From contig CAXHJY010001169.1 of assembly GCA_964016885.1 (NCBI GenBank), positions 79,306-143,305 on the forward strand: DNA of 64,000 bases, written 5' to 3'. Positions 38,600 to 51,600 of this stretch are shown in pieces. The translations under genes and the position numbers were made by a program. The notes under the pieces are model-generated. The model was not told the DNA's origin, did no database searches, and was given only the letters and a program-made list of their open reading frames with translations. Each line of letters starts with the position of its first letter. Position 1 is the first letter of the stretch. Source of the DNA: Eledone cirrhosa (lineage: Eukaryota).

Positions 38600-39135
38600 T
38601 TTAAATAAGTACCAGATTTGAAAAAAAATAACTGTGGTCCATATGATCGAATAAATCCATTGAACATCGCCTCAGTCTAATAGCAGAAAACAATAACATA
38701 ATAAAATAATGTTGTTGGGTGGGTGGAATGGTGGAATTTCAGGAATTTTTCAAAGGATTCAGGTTTTGATTGGGAGCGGAACTTTAGTGCCGCTAACACA
38801 AAGTACTGCGGCACGATATATTACGAGTATGCAACTTTTACGGTTTGAGTTCAAATCCCGCCGAGGATAACTTTCATCCTTACGGGGTCGATAAAATAAA
38901 GTACCAGTAATGCACTGGGGTAATTACTGGCCTTGTGCCGCCAAAAGTAGAAACAATTATTCCAAGTATGTAAATGTGGTTGGTGTTAGACAAGACATCC
39001 AGCTGTAAAATACCTGGCCAAATTTACAGTCCACGCCGGAGCAAGGTGCGACATGGTCAACTTTGGCTAGACTTGCCTCCCAGCGTGGACGACACGTCTA
39101 ATTTATGCAAGCATGGAAAAATGAACGCTATACAG

Positions 39136-39166
<31 letters not shown>

Positions 39167-39489
39167 AACGTGGATGACATTAAAATTTGTTAAACGATAG
39201 GGAACGGCATTTTTTGCGTTGTATTCTAATGTCAAAATATTTCAATTTTCTTCTAACATCAGTAATATATAAATAATAATCACTTTGGTAATAATGTGAA
39301 TTTCTAAACTTTCATTTAAACTATTATATAATGTCATACTCGGTGAATGGGGATTTGAATTCTCAACATAATCGTCTGGTTAACATTTCTGTTTGTAGAT
39401 CAAGGTTATATTATTGCTTGAACGTCTACATAGTAACTCATATAGAACACATACATCCACATAATGCACACACACTCACACTCACACAA

Positions 39490-39523
<34 letters not shown>

Positions 39524-39563
39524 GTGCGTGTGTATGTATTTATATAGGCGTGTACATATGTGT

Positions 39564-39640
<77 letters not shown>

Positions 39641-39842
39641 GAAACACACAGATACATGCGGACACACACATATACATGAATGCATCCACATCCAACCGTG
39701 AGTTAATGGTGCCAACCTTACCGATGTTGCTCAATGAATGACTGGGACAGACCAGTCCGGTTGAACTAGACTGAACCAGTATCAGAGTTAAAAATACATT
39801 ATGAAGAGAGAAGGAACATTATATATATATATATATATAAAC

Positions 39843-39990
39843 GTGGTTGGTGTTAGGAAGGACATCCAGCTGTAGAAAACCTGCCAGACAGTCCTATACG
39901 AGCAAGACAACCAATCTTGCCTCAAGTGGGACAATTCCCGTCTAAACCCATGCTAGCGTGGAAGATAGACGTTAAACGATGATGATGATA
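39843..39990 (+). mobile_element. SINE 3' segment with (GAT)n tail
   Basis: GTGGTTGGTGTTAGGAAGGACATCCAGCTGTA...ACGTTAAACGATGATGAT; diverged copy at 38975-39165. Confidence 0.65.
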
Positions 39991-40172
39991 ATTGTTTCTA
40001 CTTTAGGCACAAGGCCAGCAATTATCCAGTGCATTACTGGTACTTTATTTTATCGACCCCGTAAGGATGAAAGGCAAAGTCAACCTCGGCAGGATTTGAA
40101 CTCAGACCGTAAAGGGACGTAACTATGCTGGAAAGCATGGCGTCCGACCCTCTACCGATACTGCCAATCCAC
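39991..40172 (-). mobile_element. SINE family 1
   Basis: Matches family consensus. Confidence 0.9.
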
Positions 40173-40449
40173 GATAATGATGATGATATGTATATATATG
40201 TATATATGTATATGTATATATATATATAGGTCAATTAAGTGCCTGAAAAAAAATATATATGCATTCAAGAACTTTCTTTTTAGGCACTTAATTGTCCTAT
40301 GTAACTATCACTCTAATACATCCTTGATATAGTTATAATAAGCTAACATGCCAAATCGTTTTCTCCAGGCTGAAGGTTCGGGCCACTACACTACTTTAAA
40401 CACTACCTGTCCTACACGTCTTGTCACAGTTGACTGGTTCTACAATGTA

Positions 40450-41490
40450 ATCGGGACGTGAGGACAACTTAGAGGCTCGATATGCAATAAAGTTTTGTGT
40501 CAAGCTCGGCAAATTCGCCGCAGAAACCTATAAAATGGTCAAAAACTGCTTACGGACTAACTTTCATGAGCCAGATGACTGTTTTTTGCTGGCACAAGAG
40601 GTTCCAGGAGGACAGGGAGAAGGTTAGGGGTGATGAGAGTTGTGGCAGGGTGACGGACATCAGGACGCCAAAGTTGGTCGACAAAATTCGCAAATTTCTG
40701 GACAAAGCCCGTTGTGCATCTGTTTTGACGATTACTAAACAATTTGAAGTGGCTGAGGACACAGTGCATAGAGGCATTCATGATGATCTGAACATGCGCA
40801 ACGTTTGGGCAAAGTTTGTTCCGAAAATGCTCAATGAAGATCAATGGCAGAGGCACGTTGATGACAGCAGGGAGATGGTTGAGTGGATCGCTTCCAATCC
40901 AAGTATTCTTAAGTTTCTGGTAACCTGTGACGAGAGCTGGGTTTACTGTTATGAGACCAAGAGACAGTGGAAACATTCTGAATCCCCAAGACCCAAGAAG
41001 GCCAGGCAAAGCAGGTCCACTGGGAAGCTCATGATAATCTCATTCTTCTACAGCAAGGGTATCATCTACATTCAATGGGTCCCACACGGTCAGACAGTCA
41101 ACAAAGAGTGCTATGTAGAGGTTTAAGGCAGTTCAGAAAGAGATTTCGTCGCAAGAGACCAGAACTCTTCAAGCTTGGTCAGTGGCACTTGAACCAGGTT
41201 AAAGCTCCCTGCCACAAATCCATCCTGGTGACCAACTACTTGGCTGATATGGAGATCAGGACTTAGCCTCATATGACTTCTGGATGTTCCTGAAGCTGAG
41301 GCAAAAGCTCAGAGGTATGCACTTTGAAGATATAGAGGAGATAATGGAGGCCGTGATAAGCGCCCTGGATACCTTCACTTTGGAGGACTACAAGGGGGCT
41401 TTCAGAAGTGGCTGGACACTACAACAAGTGCATTGAAGCCGGGCGATCGTACTTTGAGGGAGACTTGAATTTTGTGTTGATCCGAGTAAA
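40450..41490 (+). pseudogene. Mariner (DD34D) transposase pseudogene
   Basis: YAIKFCVKLG, WHKRFQE, WAKFVPKML, VTCDESWVY, GKLMIISF, QWVPHGQTVNKECY, YDFWMF, KCIEAGRSYFEGD; frameshifted. Confidence 0.9.
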
Positions 41491-41788
41491 ATAAATGTCT
41501 CTCTGATAAAAGTCTCAAAACCTTTTGAATGATTATTTTGATACGTGTATATATATATATATAATTATATATATATATATATAATTATATATATATATAA
41601 TTATATATATATATATATAATTATATATATATATAATTATATATATATATAATTATATATATATATAATTATATATATATATAATTATATATATATATAA
41701 TTATATATATATATAATTATATATATATATATATAATTATATATATATATAATTATATATATATATAATTATATATATATATATATAA

Positions 41789-42699
41789 TCTATATATATA
41801 AAACTGTGGTTGTCTGTCTGTCTATCGATTTTTGGCACACATCTCCTCTTAGAATCTCTCACGGAATTGCACCGAAATTGCTATACTTGTACATTGAGCC
41901 CTAGCGAAGACATCGGAAAAAAATATTTCAAATTGACCCACCCTATGTGACGAAATCGAATATAACGTATCGATTTTTGAGCGTAAGTTATCAGTTATTT
42001 CCCTTTGTTCTGTTTACATTGAGCGTCTTACGTAAAAAATTACGCTGGCTGTCTCAGCGTTTAAAATGACATTAACACAATACACGAATTCCATTTAAAA
42101 GCATTTTAAAACAATATTTTTACTTGAAAACAAGTCTATTTAAAGACTACGTAAAACAAGCAAATATTTCGTCGTTAGGCGTGCAGACAGACAGTCGTGC
42201 AGACAGATAGTCGTGCAGAGAGGTGATATACGCGTGCAGACAGATAGTCGTGCAGAGAGGTGATATAGGCGTGCAGACAGACAGTCGTGCAGAGAGGTGA
42301 TATAGGCGTGCAGACAGACAGTCGTGCAGAGAGGTGATATAGGCGTGCAGACAGACAGTCGTGCAGAGAGGTGATATAGGCGTGCAGACAGACATAACTG
42401 ATAATTTGGTTACGCTAATGTTTTTCTCTGCGTTGCAGTGTTTACATTTTCGATCTTTGTTAATAAATAACCAGTGCAGTTTCTATCCCCAGCATCCTCT
42501 TTTGTTATAACATTCGGGTTATCGTTATGTTTTCTTAACTTCATAAGGCATATTGTTGGTTGAGGGAATATTAATCAAAAACACCACATGCAAGTCTGCA
42601 CAGTAGACACTACAGTTTTTAAGCCAAGAAAGAAACTTAACATTGTAACTTTAACACAGCTACTGAGCGACCCCGAGCAACGCCGGGCTTTACTACTAG
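41789..42699 (+). mobile_element. Non-autonomous Helitron inserted in a (TA)n/TAAT microsatellite
   Basis: A|TCTATATATATAAAACTGTGG... and ...CCCGAGCAACGCCGGGCTTTACTACTAG|T. Confidence 0.9.
42177..42393. repeat. 37-bp tandem repeat inside the Helitron
   Basis: AGGCGTGCAGACAGACAGTCGTGCAGAGAGGTGATAT, about 5-6 units. Confidence 0.92.
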
Positions 42700-42712
42700 T
42701 TATATATATATA

Positions 42713-42748
<36 letters not shown>

Positions 42749-42770
42749 TATATATATAATTATATATATA

Positions 42771-42840
<70 letters not shown>

Positions 42841-42890
42841 TATATATATAATTATATATATATATATATATAATTCTATATATATATATA

Positions 42891-42936
<46 letters not shown>

Positions 42937-43293
42937 TATATATATATATATATATATAATTATATATATATATATATATATAATTGGGAATCAGTAAAAT
43001 CGAATCTCTGGCGGTTTGCAGGTAATTCGGCCTACTTATATGAAGTGATGGGTTAGCGAAGCACTCGATAAGATAGGTCTCAGAGTTATAACATACGTTT
43101 AAATAGCTTGACAAATCGGACATTGTGGTAGGCTAAACTAACACACAATACATACCAAGGGGCCTTTCAGAAGTGTTATTGACTAATGTGAGAAAGAGTA
43201 TGCAATAATATCGAAGTAGAGTTTACATAATATTTATTATGGCTAAGTGGTGAATCTTGTTACTCTGGAATTACTCACAGGGTTATCAGACTA

Positions 43294-43411
<118 letters not shown>

Positions 43412-43504
43412 TTGGGGCGGGTCATATTTGTGTAATAATATTGCCAGAATTATATATATATATAAATTATATAATTATCAAAGTTGTGTTCAAATCATTT
43501 AATA

Positions 43505-43549
43505 GCTGACAATCGTTTCTTCCAAACTCTCATTTAAAGTCATCGGAGC
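43505..43549 (-). ncRNA. Hammerhead-like motif, U4C core (inverted copy at 45998-46042, + strand)
   Basis: GCT CCGATGA CTTTAAA-TGAGAG-TTTGGAA GAAA CGATTG TC AGC. Confidence 0.55.
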
Positions 43550-44924
43550 ATTATCAATGTTTGTACATGTAATTAACCTCCTATTCAACTGAACAATAAT
43601 ATAGATACATATATATTGATGTTGTGAGCAACAGTTTCGTATTTACAGGGTGGAATGGATGTGACATATTTTACGATAATTGTACAAAAATTCAAATTCA
43701 AATTCAAATTAAAACACAGAGTGGAATACATGCAACAGATAATACAGATAATACAAGAGAATATTCCAATAATTAAAGAGGCATTGTGAAAGGAGCTTTG
43801 AGAAAGAAAAGGTTCATTAGCAATACATATGCAGGTGTGTAGAAAGTGCACATGCGTTAGACATATATATGAGAAGGAAATAAACAAAGTTATTATGCAT
43901 ATATACATAATAAATACTGTATTTTAAGCGAAAATGTAGTGTATTAAAATCTAAGGTGTACGTAGTTTGTTGATAGTGTCCGAATTTGTGTGTGTTGAGG
44001 AGAATACAGTTATTGCAATCTCTTCCATTACATATGTTGAATTATATTTTAGTTAATGTTTATATTGAATGTTTAAGTTAGTTAAAGCAATGGATTGTAA
44101 ATTAGTCTTAGTGTATCCATATACAGGGACTACATTAGCTCAACAGTTAGGTTTTCTAACGGTTAAAATATCCGGAAGTGAGTAAGGGGAGCTAATGTGT
44201 AAGGGGAGGTAACTAGCTAATTAAATTCTGTTATTCAAAATCTTTGCTCTAATACACATTATAATGTGATACTATAGAATCTCTATTACATAATCCTATA
44301 CATTTATACTTGATTTAAAACACATACATTTATACTTGATTTACATTAAAGCTCCCTTAAGATTGTTATCCATTCATTACTGGACAAGATATATGTTATG
44401 GAAAATAGCTGTTTATATGTTTAACTAGATATATCACCAGTGCAACAAAATACATTATTGTTTAAAAATTAATCCCATGCATACGATGCTATTACATTAT
44501 ATATTTAAATATAAATGTATATATACTTTATTATTACTACATTATGTTAAAGGTAGATCCCTTATATACATGTTATCAATTTAAGTATTTAATTACACAA
44601 ATGTCTATATAGTTTATTATTACATATTACATTAAATGTCTTTATATATTAAATATCCATTACTTTATATAATATAATTAAGCTATACTAGTTATACCAA
44701 AAGGTGGTAACTTTATGTTTAATTCTAACAGTTATTGCATAGTATAAGGTTAGAGGTACATAGGAGTTGTGTAGTGGGAAGAGCTGATCTAAGAGTGTGT
44801 AGTTGTGGGGGTTGATTAATCCTAGATGTGAAGTGTTAAAGGTGGTGGAGAATTCAAATCTGACATTGATATAACTAACAGCTAGGTTTAAAGTTATGGA
44901 AAGAGTGACTGTATCGGTGTTGGC

Positions 44925-45275
44925 ACGAGGAAAATGTCTCCGACTTTTTATTAAGGAGGTCTGGTTTCGAAAAGATTATAGTATGGGTCTCTAGAAGACA
45001 GAGATTACACAATTTATTCGGTGGTTTATACGATGAGGCCCTACCTACTACTTCCCATTGCAGTGTAAATGGTCTATTCCTAGTTTTCAGAGAGTGTACG
45101 TAGCTAGATAAAGAAGTGGAGTTGGCTAGATTGTGTTTCTTGAAAGAGTGGAGGTGCGAGTTGTATCTTATCTTGAAGCTGTTCGAAGTAGAGCCGATAT
45201 ATGTTTTAGAATAGTTGTTTGCGTTGACGGTGCATGAGTAGATGATGTCTTTGGCTAAGAAATTATTACCTAAGG
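44925..45275 (-). pseudogene. Penelope GIY-YIG endonuclease relic (absent from the ORF track)
   Basis: Hand translation: KDIIYSCTVNANNYSKTYIGSTSNSFKIRYNSHLHSFKKHNLANSTSLSSYVHSLK...WEVVGRASSYKPPNKLCNLCLLETHTIIFSKPDLLNKKSE. Confidence 0.9.
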
Positions 45276-46215
45276 GGCAAGTTCTATTAGTTCTACAGTT
45301 ACATTTATTCTGGGTGTTAGCTTGCCGGTTTCTATGTTGTGAAGAATTCTGGTTGCTATTTTAACCGTTAGAAAACCTAGAAAACCGTTAGAAAACCTAA
45401 CTGTTGAGCTAATGTAGTCCCTGTATATGAATACAATAAGACTAATTTGCAATCCATTGCTTTAGCTAACTTAAACATTCAATATAAACATTAACTAAAA
45501 TATAATTCAACATATTTAATGGAAGAGACTGCAATAACTGTATTCTCCTCAACACACACAAATTCGGACACTATCAACAAACTACGTCCACCTCAGATTT
45601 TAATGCACTACATTTTCGCTTAAAATACAGTATTTATTATCTATATATGCATAATAACTTTGCTTATTTCCTTCTCATATATATGTCTAACGCATGTGCA
45701 CTTTCTACACACCTGCATATGTATTGCTAATGAACCCTTTCTTTCTCAAAGGTCCTTTCACAATGCTTCTTTAATTATTGGAATATTCTCTTGTATTATC
45801 TGTATTATCTGTTGCATGTATTCCACTCTGTGTTTTAATTTGAATTTGAATTTGAATTTTTGTACAATTATCGTAAAATATGTCACATCCATTCCACCCT
45901 GTAAATACGAAACTGTTGCTCACAACATCAATATATATGTATCTATATTATTGTTCAGTTGAATAGGAGGTTAATTACATGTACAAACATTGATAATGCT
46001 CCGATGACTTTAAATGAGAGTTTGGAAGAAACGATTGTCAGCTATTAAATGATTTGAACACAACTTTGATAATTATATAATTTATTTATTTTCCTGCTCT
46101 GTAAAACAACTGATGTTCATACATTGAGATATTTCTCTTACTGGTAATAAGGTAATAGGAAATTACTGACCTACCTGTTTATGGTTGTTTATACTACATA
46201 CATAACTATAAATAG

Positions 46216-46295
<80 letters not shown>

Positions 46296-46513
46296 TATTT
46301 ACGTATCGAGAGAGAGAGAAAAAAAAGGGGAAGATAGGTGATACATATAGTTATTTGCCAAGTAGCGTATGCCAAAGGTGCTCGATACTAGTGCCGGCAG
46401 TATTAAATATTCGAAGTGTTAATATTTAGTGGGCTAGAGAATTAGCAGAGCGTAAGCACGTGGGAAAGTAAGAAATCGGAGAATAGACCGTTAAAACATG
46501 TTTATTTAAAACA

Positions 46514-46553
46514 GCACCTACGTACGTTTCGCCCAGTTGGGCTTCTCAAGGGC
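46514..46553 (-). ncRNA. Type I minimal hammerhead, U3-A8 core variant
   Basis: Minus strand: GCCC TTGAGAA GCCCA-AC-TGGGC GAAA CGTACG TA GGTGC; palindromic stem III ACGTACGT. Confidence 0.8.
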
Positions 46554-46959
46554 ATAAATAATCAAAAGTGTTCCTTACATTGCTCCGAAAGAGTTTTTGG
46601 GGTTAAATCCACGTCAAGGTTCATTGCTCGCAAAAATAGCTTATTTTGATTTTGCAGCGGGTCAAGGGAGGTAACTCTGACCGGTGTTAGGGCAGTCTTT
46701 CCCGGACAAATTTTTTTATCCGCTACGAGATGAGGTTACAACCTTACCATTGTCGATACGCATGTAATCAACGCTTATTTTGAGAGTTTTTTTTGCTGAA
46801 TCTGTTTGTCTGAGTCGTTTGAGGCTGGGTCTGGTATGCAAGGATAGTTTCCTGGGTGTTCTTTTGCAGCGCCTGCCCGCCGGGGTGTTAATACTTGTTG
46901 CAGGGAGATCCGGTGCACGGTTTCACTCCTCATCCTTAACCCATCTGAAGAAGGATATT

Positions 46960-47745
46960 TTTAAGCGATGTGTACAACTTATCAGTTTCAGCTCTGCTGT
47001 TGATGAGCTCGTGGGGGTGCAGTTATGATGTGGTAGAGCTCCATGAGGCAAAGATCGCATTTCCTCTTGAAGTTGTACGGTGCAGCCCTGCCGACAATAT
47101 CCCAGTGCGTGGAGAAGCTGATGTTTAAGTCCTTTAGTGATGTGATGTAGTCCGCGAGCGAAGTGGAGTGTCTTAGTTTTTTACTTGTGAAAGAGTAGAG
47201 ATGTGTTCGAAACCTAATTTTGAACGGGCCGGAGGTAGCCCCTATATAATGTTTAACGCTATTGTAGCTAGTTATAGTGCATCTATATATAACCCTATCA
47301 GTCAAGCAGTATCCTCTAAGGGGGAAGCGCCCTCTGTCGCGGCAGTTGCAATTTCTGTCGCGGTTCCGTCTATTTCCCACGGTAAGGCCATCATTGTTGC
47401 TGCCTACGTTGTTACCCACGCTACCGCAGCTGTCGTTAGCACCATTACAACCCACAGCACGAGGGGTGGTGCGATTGTTATTCCGCACGTCATGTCCTGC
47501 ATGTTCGCCAGTCATTTCGCGGTTATGCTGGTTGCGTCTGCGGATGCCGTTGCCAACACTATTGGATGCTGCCAGGGAGTTGTTAAGGCCGATATAGTTA
47601 TTATCAGGTGTAGGTGCGTCTGAGTCGAGGTGCTGTGTCTTGGTGATCTTACTGTGGTTCGTTGTTCCTATGATGTCTGCTAGGTTAGGAGTAGTAGAGA
47701 AGGATATTTTTATATTGTTCCTATTAAGAATTTTTCTATACCTAT
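46960..47745 (-). pseudogene. Penelope linker + GIY-YIG endonuclease relic
   Basis: KILNRNNIKISFSTTPNLADII...CNCRDRGRFPLRGYCLTDRVIYRC...HYIGATSGPFKIRFRTH...STSLADYI...KCDLCLME. Confidence 0.9.
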
Positions 47746-47773
47746 GGTTGGGCGGGATTTCTTACTTTCCCAC

Positions 47774-47856
<83 letters not shown>

Positions 47857-47925
47857 AACAAGGTTTAGCAAATAATGAAAAAGTTTCAAAATAAATTTTA
47901 AAAATTGACTTTACCTACTATAGTT

Positions 47926-48009
47926 ACCTTTACCGATCGGTTTCGAATCCCAAAAATAAAACGGAGACCATACGGCCTTCGTTGCAAAGAAAGATTCTCG
48001 CCAGAAGGT
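47926..48009 (-). ncRNA. Type I hammerhead fold with A6G change (probably inactivated)
   Basis: Minus strand: ACCTT CTGGCGA GAATCTT...GGGATTC GAAA CCGATCGG TA AAGGT. Confidence 0.7.
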
Positions 48010-48283
48010 TCTTTTCATTCAAAGAATATAAAATTCCTGAATTTAAATCACAAACTAGCGCTATCAAAATCTGTTCCTGGGATGAGAGTGGATGATGTAG
48101 AACAGGTTTATCAAGGGCCGTAGTAAAGATAGAGGCAAAAGGAGGTAGGTCAAACTAGCCACCGCTATTGCTAGCAGCAGTCGGAATGACCCGGTTTGTT
48201 CTCAACGTTAGTGGAGGTAGTAGTAATATGAAATACATCCCTTCACGCACAAGGCGCCAAGGTACGCATGTATTGTCCAACCA

Positions 48284-48399
48284 AATGTAAAGCATGAGCT
48301 AATAATAATACACGTCTACAGTATATATATATATTCATATATATATGTATATATATATATACTGTAGACGTGTATTATTATTAGCTCATGCTTTACATT
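48284..48399. repeat. Palindrome with (TA)n centre
   Basis: AATGTAAAGCATGAGCTAATAATAATACACGTCTACAG and its exact reverse complement. Confidence 0.9.
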
Positions 48400-48849
48400 C
48401 TGAGTTCAAATCCCACCGAGGTTAGCTTTGCCCATCATCCTTACGGGGTCAATAAAATAAAGTACCAGTAATACACTGGAGTCGATTTAATCGACTTTTT
48501 CTTCCCCCTAAAAATTATTGGCCTTGTGCCTAAATCAGAAACCATTATTATCTCACGCCTTTTTTTATCACCAATACGAGACTAAGAAAGATATTAAAGA
48601 CATGATCATACTAACATATTCAGAGTCAACAGAGTTTTGACTAACCAAACTTTAAGATCATTCAACAAGTTTTCACATTATTGGAGGAACTTAAGCCTCC
48701 AAAGCCCCTTAGAGCCGGAAGGCTCGATGTATTGATGTCTTATAATTAAAGTGATGTTGATTGTACATAAACTATAGGAGTATAAATTTCGCGTTATTTG
48801 AAAATTCATAAATGGTTTCTGCGTCAAATTGGTTTGGGAACTATATATA

Positions 48850-48981
48850 CAGGGTGGACCAAAAGTCGCGATACATAGGAAAAATAATTGTTTTTATTAA
48901 AAAAAAATACGTTAAAAAAATAGATAAATATGGAAACTTAAAAATGTAATTATTTTTACTATGTATTGTGACTTTTGATCA

Positions 48982-48987
<6 letters not shown>
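48850..48987. mobile_element. Tc1/mariner-type MITE
   Basis: TA-flanked imperfect TIRs CAGGGTGGACCAAAAGTCGCGATACATAG / CTATGTATTGTGACTTTTGATCAACCCTA. Confidence 0.75.
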
Positions 48988-49053
<66 letters not shown>

Positions 49054-49088
49054 TGTGTGTGTGTGTGTGCATCCCTCCGCACACATAC

Positions 49089-49132
<44 letters not shown>

Positions 49133-49924
49133 ATACATACACACACACGCGCATACATACATATATGCATACATACATACACACACACACATATATATAT
49201 AAAACAGTTGTGTGAGTGTGATTCTAGTAGAACTATCTGTATGCATAATTTCTGTAAATGTAGTGCGAAACAACAATTTTCTAATTAAGCTAATGTTTTC
49301 AAACGATAGTTTTTTTTCTTTTCTTTTCTTTTTTTTTTGTCATTTGTAAAATGTAAGAACGAGTAATTCTTTTGTTATTGAAAGTAAGAAATATCGACAG
49401 CAGCAGTGTCATGTGTTAGCAACAGCAACAGAGACAGTCTTTCACAAGTATTTCGGTTTTCGCTAATCTCAGGAGAAATAATACAAGTTGCAACCTACGT
49501 TTTGTTGTGTTCACTCAGGCCAATAAATACCAATAAGGATTTCAAATTCCTTTATTTCCGTTGGGGGGGATATCATAAAGGTAAGTGACCACTATTGTTT
49601 TTACACTTCAAAAAACATTTTATTTTATTTTATTCAAACTTGTCAACTCTCCCCGTCGGACGGGGAGATCTCCCACCCACTTTGGGCTTGTTGAGAGATG
49701 CCTTCTCTTGTGGAAATGGGTATAACTTTCATTATGTAAAATCTCCCCAATTTACCTCATTTCTCCCCGTTTTGAGGCACTTAATTTTCGTGGTACTCCC
49801 CGTTTGGATTTTAGAGGTTAGCAGGTCTGCTTTATTTCAAAATGTGGTTAACATATCTATTAATCTTTTTTTACATTAAATCGCCTGAGGTCGCTCTTGT
49901 TAATACAATACAAAGCCATTTCGA

Positions 49925-51108
49925 AATTCTTACAATGCCATTTCGAAATTGAAAGGCAAAGTTAACCTCGGCGGGATTTGAACTCAGATCATAAAGGGCC
50001 GTAACTCTATGTTGCAAAGCATGGCGTCCAACCCTTTACCGATACTGCCAATTCACCGCCTTGAAATTATCAATAATAAAAATACAAACTGATAAACGCT
50101 CAGTGTAGGATTCACTTGCAGAAAGTATCAAAGTTGGAAAGAACCAGTTGGTAAAGTATCTGTGGGGGAAGCTATTAGTTTTGTTCGAATATAACCCTTT
50201 CCTTACCAAATTTATAATGAAAGACACTACCTATGATATTCAAATAATTTGAAGGTATTTAGAAATATAACTAACTTAATCATTATTAAACTGATATGTG
50301 GAACATAAAGGTTATTATATAAAATTATCGAGGACGGTTTGTTTAAATAAACATAAACACTTTAAAACAAATAAATTGCAAACAACATTATAAATATGAA
50401 GATTATGAAGATTAGAAACATTGGTTGGATTTGAAGCATCCTTAGATGTAAGAATCCCAAACACAGAAAATAACTGTAACCACAGTCGATTGCTGTAAAC
50501 ATTAGCTTAGAAAATCGGGTAAAGTACCCCTGTAGCAATCGACTGTGGTTACAGTTATTTTCTGTGTTTGGGATTCTTACATCTAAGGATGCTTCAAATC
50601 CAACCAATGTTTCTAATCTTCATAATCTTCATATTTATAATGTTGTTTGCAATTTATTTGTTTTAAAGTGTTTATGTTTATTTAAACAAACCGTCCTCGA
50701 TAATTTTATATAATAACCTTTATGTTATGTTCCACATATCAGTTTAATAATGATTAAGTTAGTTATATTTCTAAATACCTTCAAATTATTTGAATATCAT
50801 AGGTAGTGTCTTTCATTATAAATTTGGTAAGGAAAGGGTTATATTCGAACAAAACTAATAGCTTCCCCCACAGATACTTTACCAACTGGTTCTTTCCAAC
50901 TTTGATACTTTCTGCAAGTGAATCCTACACTGAGCGTTTATCAGTTTGTATTTTTATTATTGATAATTTCAAGGCGGTGAATTGGCAGTATCGGTAAAGG
51001 GTTGGACGCCATGCTTTGCAACATAGAGTTACGGCCCTTTATGATCTGAGTTCAAATCCCGCCGAGGTTAACTTTGCCTTTCAATTTCGAAATGGCATTG
51101 TAAGAATT
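49925..51108. repeat. Near-perfect long palindrome (arms 49925-50494 / 50534-51108)
   Basis: Arms are identical by eye apart from a ~5-bp indel; 39-bp spacer; each arm contains a truncated SINE. Confidence 0.95.
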
Positions 51109-51319
51109 GTTACTGGTGCTTTATTTTATCGACCCCGTAAGGATGAAAGGCAAAGCTAACCTCGGCGGGATTTGAACACAGAACGTAAAGGCCCGTAACT
51201 CTATGCCGCGAAATATGTTGTCCGACGCTCTACCGATACTGCCAATCCGTTATAAAATAATGAAACCAGAAGAACACACATAAATACATACAGACATACA
51301 GACATACATACGTACATGC

Positions 51320-51600
51320 TCAGTTGTAAAAGTTAGCTGTCGACATGATGTCCATGTGGAATGACAAATGCAAGAGAAGAAAGATATCTACGGACCATTG
51401 ATGAATATCCAAGATACACGTTCAGCTTCATACCCGTTATTAGAGCTACAGGTTATATACCAACCAGACTAAACCAAAATATGAGCTTGGATTTATGGAG
51501 AAAGAACGTAGCTCCATAATCCATAAGCTACAAATGACCGCGATATCTGGAACCTTCAACATTTTAAAAACATTCTTACGAGTCAAAGAATTAACTTTTA
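51320..51600 (+). pseudogene. R4/Dong-like LINE C-terminal fragment
   Basis: FIPVI..ATGYIP...IIHKLQMTAISGTFNILKTFLR. Confidence 0.6.

Larger units (their letters stand above)
43470..46080 (-). mobile_element. Penelope-like element, 5'-truncated with inverted pLTR copy (~690-bp arms 43470-44163 / 45385-46080)
   Basis: Long inverted repeats with scattered mismatches enclose a GIY-YIG relic; HHR-like motif in each arm. Confidence 0.85.
46300..47774 (-). mobile_element. Penelope-like element 3' portion
   Basis: GIY-YIG relic, downstream HHR, short inverted segment (CGTGGGAAAGTAAGAAATC at ~46460 versus 47756-47774), flanked by (TA)n. Confidence 0.85.

Noticed and set aside
43585-45962. Duplicated 100-aa Cys/Ile-rich ORFs on opposite strands
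   Set aside because: They arise from the inverted pLTR arms of AT-rich non-coding sequence; no recognisable domain.
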